64,000 nucleotides of DNA from Promethearchaeota archaeon (GTDB lineage Archaea; Asgardarchaeota; Lokiarchaeia; Sigyniarchaeales; SOKP01): assembly GCA_019057865.1 (NCBI GenBank), contig JAHLWP010000022.1:1-64000 (forward strand). The letters run 5' to 3'. The notes under the pieces were generated by a model that worked only from the letters and a program-made list of their open reading frames with translations, ran no database searches and was not told the origin of the DNA. A program made the translations under genes and the position numbers. How positions within the stretch are numbered: position 1 is the first letter of the stretch; every line of letters begins with the position of its first letter. Below, one piece after another: positions 41,024-50,873 of the stretch.

Positions 41024-42221
41024 GGTGTTAATACTGGAAGATTATATTATTATAAGATTATTAAATGATTTTAAAGGTATTATTGAAAAACTACAATCTA
41101 TTGAAATCGATAATCCTCTTGATTACCTCAAAGAAGTTGTTAATGAATTGATGGCTGATGATGAGAAACAATTCACATTTGACGACAGTGAGCAAATGTA
41201 TCTATTTCTAAAGAGAATAAATAAAATAAAAAATTTTTTCAAAAATGAAAAAGATAAGAAATTAAAATCCATAATTTCATATTTATTCTCGATAACGATA
41301 CCAACTGTAGCAGAACTTGTAGATTTAGCTGAAACAAAGAATAATATTGACGATCAATTTAATTTAATTGATCTTAACGAGGTAATACTTAATGATAATG
41401 ATTTCCAAGATGTTTTGAACGTTTTTAATGGATTTAGAGTAGAATATTCTAACTTCTATATTTTAAAGCATATAGAAATTAATTCCCTCAGAGGAAATTT
41501 TGGTGAAAACCTAATTATTACTTCAGAATTTAAGTTATTGTCTGAATTAAGTTCTGTTGAAAAGATCAGAGTAGTTTTATTAAATCCTCCTTCTAGCATA
41601 AGAACAGATATTCAAACTGTTCGGAATTTAAAATGTCCCATACGCGGAGATGAATTAGAAGAGAGATTAATAAATAAACCTGATTGTGCAAATTGCCATA
41701 GGAAATTTGAAGATTTATATGGTCATACGGTGATAGACTTTTTAGCAATTGAACATCAACGAATTAAACAAGATATTGAAGAGAGTCTTCTTACGACATT
41801 ACAAACTATTAATGATAAAGAAGAAAGAATTAATGAGATATTGGAACGTGACGAATATAGGGATGATGAAAACCTAATTAATTTCTTTAGAACAATTTTT
41901 AACTTTTTTAATAATACGGGAGATGACAGAGAGATAACAAGTATATTAGCTAATAATTTGTTTGATATATTTTCTGAAAAAGTTATAGAAGTTATTATAA
42001 AAGCTTTACAGGAGGAACCAGTAACTGTTATAATAGATATTGTAGAGGATATTGTTGAAGAAATTGAACAAGGATTACATAAAGAAGAAGATTTGATCAC
42101 AATATTTAATACAAAAAGAGAGTTAGCTAAAGAGATAAAAAAGCAGGAAAAATTTGATGAGTTAGGATTAGGACCTGATGATGATAAGCCAGTAGTTCGC
42201 TATAGATTTAGCAAAAGGTAA
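41016..42221 (+). CDS. Coiled/helical protein with Cys cluster; probable detached BrxC C-terminal region
   Basis: LKC...KPDCANC motif; overlaps the brxC stop and has its own SD. Confidence 0.55.
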   Translation: MNEVLILEDYIIIRLLNDFKGIIEKLQSIEIDNPLDYLKEVVNELMADDEKQFTFDDSEQMYLFLKRINKIKNFFKNEKDKKLKSIISYLFSITIPTVAELVDLAETKNNIDDQFNLIDLNEVILNDNDFQDVLNVFNGFRVEYSNFYILKHIEINSLRGNFGENLIITSEFKLLSELSSVEKIRVVLLNPPSSIRTDIQTVRNLKCPIRGDELEERLINKPDCANCHRKFEDLYGHTVIDFLAIEHQRIKQDIEESLLTTLQTINDKEERINEILERDEYRDDENLINFFRTIFNFFNNTGDDREITSILANNLFDIFSEKVIEVIIKALQEEPVTVIIDIVEDIVEEIEQGLHKEEDLITIFNTKRELAKEIKKQEKFDELGLGPDDDKPVVRYRFSKR

Positions 42222-42232
42222 AGTAGGTTAAA

Positions 42233-45115
42233 ATGTTTGATAAAAATAATCTATTAAAATTATTAGCTGAGTTTTTACATTCTGTATTAAAAGGGTCTTT
42301 TAGCAAAATAATATTAATTCAGGATGATTATTTCTGCATACCAGAAGAATTAACAAATGAAAAAATTATTTTAGAAGCCCAGAATGATTCTCCCTATTAT
42401 ATAATATCACATCAAACACCAGTTAAAAGAGACATTATAAAAAAGAAATGGGAGGATCAACTAGAGATAGAACAATTTATATTAGTATATCGGACAACGG
42501 AACATAATGACCAATTCCTTGATGAGCTTAAATATGATAATTTGGGTATTTTATTAACTCCAATTAATTTAATTAAATATTGGCTCGGAGATGTTACTAA
42601 TATTGATAACAAATTCGATTTTTTAAGTTTTTTTGTATGGCATTTAAAGGATTTTATAATAAATAATAGAGATAAAATACTTAGAATTAAATCTCTTGAT
42701 GAGGATCAAAAGTTCAAAAAAATAACTGAGATTGTATTAAAAAATACTTTTCCATCACTTATTGAGAAAGGTAAATTGATAAATTTAATGGATTATAATA
42801 ATTCTTGGAAATTAAAGCATATTTTTTTACAGAAGAATTATATTCTTAAAAAATTATTTAAAATTTTTAAGGAAGAAATTGAAATCGATGAGGATCTTTT
42901 TAATTACATTAAATCTTTGGTTTTATTTGAAATTGAATACAAGGATATTTTAAAAATATTTCTTATCGCTCATTTTTTGTTAAAATTGGACAGTAATTTA
43001 ATAACCAATATAAATTTTAGTTCCTTTATTGATGAGTTCATTGATCTCCACGATGCAGCTAAAAAAGATTCAATTAAATCATTAAATCGAAGTCAAATAA
43101 TGGTTTTCTCAGAAATATTTGAGAATAATTTAATAAATTTAAAGAAAAATAAATCAAAAGATGATTTAATAATAATTATCTCTTTAATTAAAGAATTAGG
43201 AGATGTTATAGAAGAAAGTTCTAGTTTGAGAGAAATAACGATAGAGACGACTTTTCTTCAAGGTTTAGATATTTATGAGAAATGTCTAAAACTTTCCAGA
43301 ATGGAATATTTTTATTACTTACCTCTTAAAATTTCTGAACTCTTTTTTGATTTTTTTACTAGTAGAATACATGATTTAAGTCGTAGCTTAGAAAGTGACG
43401 ATGGAGGGCGAATCAAAAAAGTTGCTGATAATATAAACAATAATAACATGGTTAAAATTTTTAAGGATATTGACTCTAAATATGAAGAATGTGTTGCATT
43501 TTATAATAATTTTTATGAGTTATGTTACGGTTTATTTACACTTGCTTTTTATAATGCTAATGGCTTTCCCGATTGGGATTTCATAAGATGGGCAAAATTC
43601 TATTCTGATTTTTATGTAAAAGTAATAAAAAATTTAGATAAAATTTCAAAGATACGATTTCCATTTAATAATTTCAATCGAAGATGTACTGAAATAGTTG
43701 ATTGGTTCTTTTTAAAATTTAATGAATTGGAAATTTTAATTTCAGCAAAATTTTTTGATTTTATTAAATTGAAATATCCCGAATGGATTCAACATTTTCA
43801 TGATGATAATATATGTCCGTTACTAACTGCAAATGTTTTTGAACGTTTTATAAGTAGAGACTTTAGACGACGACCGGTTAATCATAATTTTATTTTTTTA
43901 ATTGATGGGTGTACCTTGGATAATTGGAGGAATATTAAAAGCCTACTCAAAAAAGATTTTAAAGAATATGAATTTAATGAACGTATTGGGTCTGCAATAA
44001 TTCCAACACAGACTTGGTGGTCCAGAAGGGCGATATTTGCTGGGGATCTTATGAGAAATAATATTTATTTTAGAAGTGGAGAAGCAAATTGCTTTAAAGA
44101 CCTATTACAGATAAAATATCATATTTATCTTCATCCTGGAAGAGATGATGAATTTTTTAATACTCATTGTGAAAATAGAGAGAATTTCAATCGAGTAAAG
44201 GAAAATATAGAAACACTAAGGAATTTACCTCAAATTATTATATTTAACTTTTCTGATCTATTAGAAGAAGATTCATTCGACCGAGTTGATGTAAAAGAAA
44301 TAATTGAACATACATTTTATCCAAAAATAAAGGAATTAATCGAGCTGATACTAAAAAGCCCATATAATCGCCCAAATATTTTTTTCCTGACAGATCACGG
44401 AATTATCAGGACAAAGGAAAATGTTAAAGGTTTAAATGTTATTGATACTCTAAGTTCTCATACTTTCTCTTTGAATAGATCATTGAGTATAGCCACTGGT
44501 AGAAAAGCTCCGCGTTTAGTGCAATTGGCACCCAATTACATTCTAAATTTGAATGTAATTACGACGAGTGAAAGACAAAAATTCCTTGTTATTGATGATT
44601 TTGCTAGATATGGATTAATTGGTGATAGATATGATAAGATGTTTGTTGCATCTTCACATTATACATTTACTACACAAAAGAAAGCCCATGGCGGCATTTC
44701 CATGGCGGAGATGATTATACCCTTCGCAAGAATGTTAAAAAAACCATCAGTCAGTAGAAACGATTTTACACACCCTATAGTAAGGATAGAGAATAAAGAA
44801 GAGTTTGGGAGAGAAACGAATAAGTTAAAAATTTCTATATTGAATGAAAATTCAAGGGGATTTACACGTGTTAAATTGCATTTAATAACAAAAAATAGTC
44901 ACCAAACAAAAAAGGTTCCAGATATTAGTGCAAATACCATGAGAGAGGTAGTCTTCAATTGCAATGATAAGGGACTTGAACCAATAAAGGTAAAATTAGA
45001 TTATTACTATCAATTTAATAAGTTCACTTATGCATTTGAGTTCGAATTATCATTAGAGGATTACTCTGAAGAGTTAGAAAGTGGTATGGACGTTTTTCTT
45101 GATGATGAGTTTTAA
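42233..45115 (+). CDS. pglZ: PglZ alkaline-phosphatase-fold protein
   Basis: FLIDG, IPTQTWWSRRAIFAG, LTDHG, AHGGISMAEMIIP. Confidence 0.9.
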   Translation: MFDKNNLLKLLAEFLHSVLKGSFSKIILIQDDYFCIPEELTNEKIILEAQNDSPYYIISHQTPVKRDIIKKKWEDQLEIEQFILVYRTTEHNDQFLDELKYDNLGILLTPINLIKYWLGDVTNIDNKFDFLSFFVWHLKDFIINNRDKILRIKSLDEDQKFKKITEIVLKNTFPSLIEKGKLINLMDYNNSWKLKHIFLQKNYILKKLFKIFKEEIEIDEDLFNYIKSLVLFEIEYKDILKIFLIAHFLLKLDSNLITNINFSSFIDEFIDLHDAAKKDSIKSLNRSQIMVFSEIFENNLINLKKNKSKDDLIIIISLIKELGDVIEESSSLREITIETTFLQGLDIYEKCLKLSRMEYFYYLPLKISELFFDFFTSRIHDLSRSLESDDGGRIKKVADNINNNNMVKIFKDIDSKYEECVAFYNNFYELCYGLFTLAFYNANGFPDWDFIRWAKFYSDFYVKVIKNLDKISKIRFPFNNFNRRCTEIVDWFFLKFNELEILISAKFFDFIKLKYPEWIQHFHDDNICPLLTANVFERFISRDFRRRPVNHNFIFLIDGCTLDNWRNIKSLLKKDFKEYEFNERIGSAIIPTQTWWSRRAIFAGDLMRNNIYFRSGEANCFKDLLQIKYHIYLHPGRDDEFFNTHCENRENFNRVKENIETLRNLPQIIIFNFSDLLEEDSFDRVDVKEIIEHTFYPKIKELIELILKSPYNRPNIFFLTDHGIIRTKENVKGLNVIDTLSSHTFSLNRSLSIATGRKAPRLVQLAPNYILNLNVITTSERQKFLVIDDFARYGLIGDRYDKMFVASSHYTFTTQKKAHGGISMAEMIIPFARMLKKPSVSRNDFTHPIVRIENKEEFGRETNKLKISILNENSRGFTRVKLHLITKNSHQTKKVPDISANTMREVVFNCNDKGLEPIKVKLDYYYQFNKFTYAFEFELSLEDYSEELESGMDVFLDDEF

Positions 45116-45142
45116 TAATAAATATAAAGAACACCAAAAAGA

Positions 45143-46585
45143 ATGTTTAATATAGAATTTGAAGATAAGGTAAAGAAGTTTTTTGAAGGACGAGTAATTT
45201 TCAAACCTTATATCAGAGATTTACATATAGAGGATTTGCCCGTTTATGTTGTAGAGTATCTCTTTAGAAAGTTTTGCCCAACTGGTTTTAATGTTAAAGG
45301 TATTAATAAAATAAAAAATGTAGTTAGAAAATTGCATGTAGATCCAAGAGAAAGAGAAAAGGTTAAACAAGATCTAAGAGAAAATAAAAATAAAAAGATA
45401 TTAGATGAATTTGAAGTTAATACTGATTTATCTAGAGATATAAATTTTGTCCATATACCATGTTTAGATATTCATGATGCTCTAATTGATACCTCAATAT
45501 TTAAAGAAAATTTAAATTTATTGTGTGGAGGAATGTGGGGTATTGGTATTATAACATATTTGAGACAAGAAAAGAAATTAAAAATTATTCGATTTGAACC
45601 GCTCCAACTTGGAAAGCTTTCAATGAAAAAGTTTTTTCTAGGAAGAAAACAATTTAACCTTAATGAATGGATTGACTTATTGATTAATACAATCGGATAT
45701 TATCCTAAAATATATAATCAAGAAGAAAAGATTATTATTCTATCTCGATTATTACCTTTAGTCGAAAATAATTTGAATATTACTGAATTGGGTCCTAGAA
45801 ACACTGGAAAAACGTATATTTTTAAAAATATTTCGTCATATTCAAAAGTAATTACAGGAAATATCTCACCTGCTCGACTTTTTTATAATCTTCAAAGTCG
45901 AAATATAGGAATCTTAGCAGTTAAAGAGGCTGTTATTTTCGATGAAGCTCAAAGTTTAAATTTTACCAATTTAGATGAAACTATTAGTAAATTAAAAGAT
46001 TATATGAATGATGGTTCTTTTGAAAGGGGGGGAAAGGTTAAATACTCCAATTGTTCACTTGTTTTTGTTGCAAATATTGATGTTGATGCTAAATCACGAA
46101 TACCAACAATTCTTAGCGGTAACTATTTTTCAGTTTTACCAAAATTTCTAAGGACTAACACTGCATTTATAGAACGAATTCATGGTTTAATTCCTGGTTG
46201 GAAATTAACAAGACTGCAGCATTCCGCAGATCAACTATCTAATAATTATGGATTTATGTCTGATTATTTTTCTGAAATTATTCATATACTTAGACAATAC
46301 AATTATATTTCTGAAATAAAATCTAAAATTGACTATTCAAGTGTAATTTCTATGGATATTCGGGATGAAAAAGCAATTTTAAGAATGATAAATGGTTTCA
46401 TAAAAATTTTACAACCCCATGATCCAACAGAACCAATTGATGATGATATTCTCAATTTAGTAAAAGATTACGCTATCGAGTATCGTCAATATATTTATAA
46501 TTCCCTTCGTGAAATAAATCAAAGAGAATATCCACGAAAAATTATAAAATTTAAATTTAAAGGAGGAAATAATTCATTAAGTTAA
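45143..46585 (+). CDS. brxL: BrxL-like ATPase lacking the Lon protease domain
   Basis: LPVYVVEYL, GGMWG, RLLPLVENN, ELGPRNTGKT, FDE, LKDYM..GSFERG, RIHGLIPGW; only 480 aa. Confidence 0.88.
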   Translation: MFNIEFEDKVKKFFEGRVIFKPYIRDLHIEDLPVYVVEYLFRKFCPTGFNVKGINKIKNVVRKLHVDPREREKVKQDLRENKNKKILDEFEVNTDLSRDINFVHIPCLDIHDALIDTSIFKENLNLLCGGMWGIGIITYLRQEKKLKIIRFEPLQLGKLSMKKFFLGRKQFNLNEWIDLLINTIGYYPKIYNQEEKIIILSRLLPLVENNLNITELGPRNTGKTYIFKNISSYSKVITGNISPARLFYNLQSRNIGILAVKEAVIFDEAQSLNFTNLDETISKLKDYMNDGSFERGGKVKYSNCSLVFVANIDVDAKSRIPTILSGNYFSVLPKFLRTNTAFIERIHGLIPGWKLTRLQHSADQLSNNYGFMSDYFSEIIHILRQYNYISEIKSKIDYSSVISMDIRDEKAILRMINGFIKILQPHDPTEPIDDDILNLVKDYAIEYRQYIYNSLREINQREYPRKIIKFKFKGGNNSLS

Positions 46586-46626
46586 AATGATTATTTAATT
46601 CAAAAAACACAAAATCCTTATAGAAA

Positions 46627-47211
46627 ATGCCTACAAGACCTTTATATATTGTTGATATGACACTATATGAATTTTTACACATTTTAGAATTAATATATAA
46701 AATAGATGGACAATTACCAATAAAGGAGAGAAGAATTCTATTAAAAAAAGAAATTAGTGAAATTTTAGGTACAATTCCGATGGATGAAGGTAAACCCCCA
46801 AGAAGATTAAGCTCATCTAAACATAAAATAGTACAAAATTTCATGATAACAATAAATCAATTGAAATTACTAGAGAACCTTAGAGATACAAAAGAATTAT
46901 ATGAGATTTATAAAACAAACCCTGAAAAGTTTTACCAAAAACTAAGGAGATTATTATTATACAAGGGAAATTTGTTTGAATATATTAGAGCCATAAAAAA
47001 AGTAAATCAGAATAAGGAGATTATTAAAAACTCGCAATATCTAGATAATTTAGCGTATGAACTCTATAAAATATTTCCCCAGATCTCAAAAGCTGGACAT
47101 AGAAAACAAATAACATATGTTTTAAAATGGCTGAAAAATGAAAAACTAGGAATTTTAGAGACATGGGATCGGAATGGAGTTAATATTTATAAATCCAATA
47201 TTAAATTCTAA
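46627..47211 (+). CDS. Hypothetical basic protein ending the BREX-like operon
   Basis: 194-aa Lys/Arg-rich ORF, co-directional with brxL. Confidence 0.65.
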   Translation: MPTRPLYIVDMTLYEFLHILELIYKIDGQLPIKERRILLKKEISEILGTIPMDEGKPPRRLSSSKHKIVQNFMITINQLKLLENLRDTKELYEIYKTNPEKFYQKLRRLLLYKGNLFEYIRAIKKVNQNKEIIKNSQYLDNLAYELYKIFPQISKAGHRKQITYVLKWLKNEKLGILETWDRNGVNIYKSNIKF

Positions 47212-48560
47212 ATTTCTTCTTTTCTAAAAATTAAACAATAAACATGATGTCTATTCCCTACATAAGCGTTATTTACTCCGAGTGGAATTAGTTGCTTATT
47301 ATCTTGGCACCATATTCTTTCATCTTTAAGAATCCATTTATTAGATAAAGAAATTGCAGTATCGAATGCTAAAGGATACATTTTATCTTTGTAATATACA
47401 TTATTAGTTATTAGAATTAGATACCCTTTTTTTTTTACAACATTATATACCTTATCAAAAATATTTTTTTGGGCAATTATAAATTCATTATAGTCATCTA
47501 AATTTCCAATATCGAATGGGTTTTCACTATATCTCGTAGCTAAACCTTTCGGCTTCCTTTTTTCCTGTCGGATATGATCTCTTTTTAATTGATTCCAATA
47601 AGGTGGACTTGTTATACATAAATCGGCAAATGGTAGATTATTATCTTTCCATATCTTCTCTATTTTATTGGAATCATCATTATAAATCTTATAAATTAAA
47701 GAAGCTTTATCAGGAGTTACCCATTTATCTAAATTTTGTTGTGTCAATCGAGATTTTGCTAATTGCACATAATTCTTATTTATTTCAATTCCTATACAGC
47801 TTCTAATAGTGCATTTGGCAGCGAAAGTAGTACTTCCAGTTCCAAGAAAAGGATCTAATACAAGTTCCCTTTCTTTTGTAAAAAATCTTATAAAACTTTC
47901 AATTAAAGACTCTGGAAATTTAGCAGGATGAAATATTTCTTTTGCTTTTCGAGGAGGTGGATTATAAATAAACCATGATTTCGTAAATTTAATCCATTCT
48001 TTTCCCGTCAACTCATTTAATTTATTTTTTTTACTATATTTACCTAAGGGCAATCCTTTTCGTAGTTCCTTTTTTATCAGAATTTTAACATTAGTATTTT
48101 TAATTCTTTCAAATTCTTGTTTTAAAGATAAATTTTGGACTCTTATGTATTTTGATTTTGTTTTTAATTCAATTGTAGATTTAATATTAGGATCTAAATA
48201 TATAATGTAAGAATTTGAATTAGTTTCTCCAGTTAAAGATATCAAAAAAAGATTCAATTCATCATAATTAACTAAACAATTCCTTATATTAGTTTCATTA
48301 ATAATAATCATAAAGTATTTAGGTTCTAAAGTTAAAATTTTTAAGAAAATTGCAGAATTTGGGAAAGTTCTGATGATCTCAAATCTGATTTTATTTTCTT
48401 CTAAGAAATTGAAGAATATTTGTAGATATATCCTTTCTTTTAAGGTATCTTTTAATTCTCTATTTAAAATATAAACTCTTTTTTGGTTATTCCTCTTAAA
48501 ATCGATTGTTTTAAAATTAATATATTGATAATTCTTCATGTCTTTTTTATATCTACTCAT
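47208..48560 (-). CDS. N4/N6 DNA methyltransferase (SPPY) with ~170-aa N-terminal extension
   Basis: HPAKFP, VLDPFLGTGST, GIEIN, ITSPPYW. Confidence 0.9.
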   Translation of the reverse strand: MSRYKKDMKNYQYINFKTIDFKRNNQKRVYILNRELKDTLKERIYLQIFFNFLEENKIRFEIIRTFPNSAIFLKILTLEPKYFMIIINETNIRNCLVNYDELNLFLISLTGETNSNSYIIYLDPNIKSTIELKTKSKYIRVQNLSLKQEFERIKNTNVKILIKKELRKGLPLGKYSKKNKLNELTGKEWIKFTKSWFIYNPPPRKAKEIFHPAKFPESLIESFIRFFTKERELVLDPFLGTGSTTFAAKCTIRSCIGIEINKNYVQLAKSRLTQQNLDKWVTPDKASLIYKIYNDDSNKIEKIWKDNNLPFADLCITSPPYWNQLKRDHIRQEKRKPKGLATRYSENPFDIGNLDDYNEFIIAQKNIFDKVYNVVKKKGYLILITNNVYYKDKMYPLAFDTAISLSNKWILKDERIWCQDNKQLIPLGVNNAYVGNRHHVYCLIFRKEEI

Positions 48561-48757
48561 CTAATAGTTTTAAAGTCCGATATATTTAAAGAAAAATTTA
48601 AAAAAAATCTTAAAATAGAATGTGTCTTTGTTTATTTAATGGTTTTTATTGAATGAATAATAACTATTATTAAAAAAAATTCGAGAACCTCAGATTTAAA
48701 TTAAGTAATATTCATATATCATAAGAAAAATTAAATAAGTTTAAAGAGATTAGTACT

Positions 48758-49612
48758 ATGGCTGTTAAGGAAGATAAAAGTTCTTATTCTAATGATTGTA
48801 ATTTTATAAAAAAGAACAATTATATTGATTTAGGTGATAGAGGTCGTTATTGTACTAAGAATAAATTGAATGAGTTAACAGGAAAAGAATGGATAAAGTT
48901 TACTAAATCCTGGTTTATATTAAGACCTATTAGAAGGTCAAATGATGTTATAAGTCATCCTGCTAAATTTCCTGAATCTTTAGCTGAGAGATTTATAAGG
49001 TTCTTCACAAAAGAAGGAGAAATTGTACTAGATCCTATGGCTGGTACTGGAACAGTTAATTATATTTGTGAAAAATTAGGTAGGATTGGTTATTCAATTG
49101 AATTAGAAGAGAAATATTATGATATTGGTAAAAATCGATCATATCAAAATTTTTATTTAGGTGATTGTAGGAATATAGAAAAATTCAATATTCCAAAAGT
49201 AGATTATATACTAACATCTCCCCCTTACTGGGATTCATTGAAGCGTAATCATATTCGACAAATAAAAAGAAAGGATAAAGGTTTTGACACTGAATACTCT
49301 TTAAAACAGAAAAATTTTGAAAATATTGAAAATTATGATGAATTTATAAATCAGTTAGTTGATTATTATAAATTACTTAAAAATTGGCTGAAAAAAAGAA
49401 AATATATAACTATAATTGTTAATAATATTTATAAAAACGGTAAATTATACCCATTAGCTTTCGAATTAGCTTGTAAACTAGGAAAATATTATGCTTTAAA
49501 AGATGAACAAGTATGGTGTCAGGATGATAAGAGATTAGTTGCTTTAGGAATAAATAATGCGTATGTGGGGAATAGACATCACACATATTGTTTAATTTTT
49601 AGAAATGAATAA
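48758..49612 (+). CDS. N4/N6 DNA methyltransferase (SPPY), paralogue of the preceding gene
   Basis: HPAKFP, VLDPMAGTGT, LTSPPYW; shares NKLNELTGKEWIKFTKSWF and NNAYVGNRHH.YCLIFR. Confidence 0.9.
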   Translation: MAVKEDKSSYSNDCNFIKKNNYIDLGDRGRYCTKNKLNELTGKEWIKFTKSWFILRPIRRSNDVISHPAKFPESLAERFIRFFTKEGEIVLDPMAGTGTVNYICEKLGRIGYSIELEEKYYDIGKNRSYQNFYLGDCRNIEKFNIPKVDYILTSPPYWDSLKRNHIRQIKRKDKGFDTEYSLKQKNFENIENYDEFINQLVDYYKLLKNWLKKRKYITIIVNNIYKNGKLYPLAFELACKLGKYYALKDEQVWCQDDKRLVALGINNAYVGNRHHTYCLIFRNE

Positions 49613-49897
49613 CTCCTCAGATAATAACTGATCGTATTTCCGACTTTACAAAAGAAGATAGCGAGCAAAATCCTAATCATTAAAGTAAGTAAAATTCATT
49701 ATATTATATATTATAATATAATTCGAAGCCCCTGTTCTTCATAGTGGTTCACCATACCTGGAACAGTGAGAAATTTGGGGTGGCAAAGTAAAATATAATG
49801 CGTACAAGGTATTTTAACGACTTTATGCTTAAAACTTCAAAATCTTTTAACTCCCAATTAAATTTATTCTATTTTCTATTGATCTATAAATTAGTAC

Positions 49898-50857
49898 TTA
49901 CCTTTTCAATTTAATTTGATATTGTGGGAGCCATATCAGATCTATTGTGTATTTTGTTTTTAAATACTTTAGCCATAAATTCCTTGTTAAACCTGATTCT
50001 AATCTTTTAAAATCCAATTTATCTTTATTTGCTTCATAGGATTTTATTTTCAAGACTGTGACTCTAAGAGGAGCCAATTCATGGACTTTTGAAGTTATTT
50101 GTTCGTAGAAATTTATTATTTTTTTTTCTATCTCTGTTTCATTAATATTTTCAAGTATTTCAGGAACGTAAAAAAATAATTCACCATTATTATATAAATT
50201 ATTTAAGATTGTCCTTGCGTTAATGAATTGCTTATCGAATAAATCCTTAGGGGCATTTGTATTAAATCGGAAAGTTTCTTTATCAAATCCTTTAAAACAT
50301 CCACATATTCCAAATGGGATTTCTAAATCACTAAGAGTTTTTGCTACATTATCATAATTTTTACCTAAAAGATTAGTGTCTATCCAAAGATATCGTTGTC
50401 TTTCTTTTAGTTTTTTAAGCTCTTTCCCGATTTCAATTAAAAATTCAGGTGCAAGAAAAGGTTCTCCACCAGTAATTCTTAAAACACCTTTATTTTCATT
50501 TTTTCTCCACATTTCAATTACATCTTTGACAGTAAAATAATCACCTATTTTCCCTTCTCTTAGATCATCGCTAACAAAACACCAAAAACAATTAAGATTA
50601 CAAGCGCCTACTTGAATAGCAAATGGGGTGTTGTAGTCGTTCCAAGTCCCTCCACAATAAGATTGGGCAACGCGATAAGGTTCTAAAAATTCCTGCTCAT
50701 GCATAGGAAGCAGCTTATCTTCTTCTTTAACATAAGTTTTTTTCCTCCAAAAATCATTAATCATGGAATATATATTATCTGAGTCTTTAACCATAGAGGA
50801 ACCACTAAAATTTGCTAAAAACACTTTTTTCTCATTTTTCAGCCATATTTTACTCAT
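49898..50857 (-). CDS. Radical SAM protein (COG5014-like)
   Basis: CNLNCFWC, LRITGGEP, WIDTN. Confidence 0.85.
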   Translation of the reverse strand: MSKIWLKNEKKVFLANFSGSSMVKDSDNIYSMINDFWRKKTYVKEEDKLLPMHEQEFLEPYRVAQSYCGGTWNDYNTPFAIQVGACNLNCFWCFVSDDLREGKIGDYFTVKDVIEMWRKNENKGVLRITGGEPFLAPEFLIEIGKELKKLKERQRYLWIDTNLLGKNYDNVAKTLSDLEIPFGICGCFKGFDKETFRFNTNAPKDLFDKQFINARTILNNLYNNGELFFYVPEILENINETEIEKKIINFYEQITSKVHELAPLRVTVLKIKSYEANKDKLDFKRLESGLTRNLWLKYLKTKYTIDLIWLPQYQIKLKR

Positions 50858-50873
50858 TTAAATTTACCATAAT

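Noticed and set aside
46507-46517. TCGTGAAATAA inside brxL, and a similar TCGTGAAAC near 12887
   Set aside because: Both lie inside coding sequence with incomplete cores; likely chance in AT-rich DNA.
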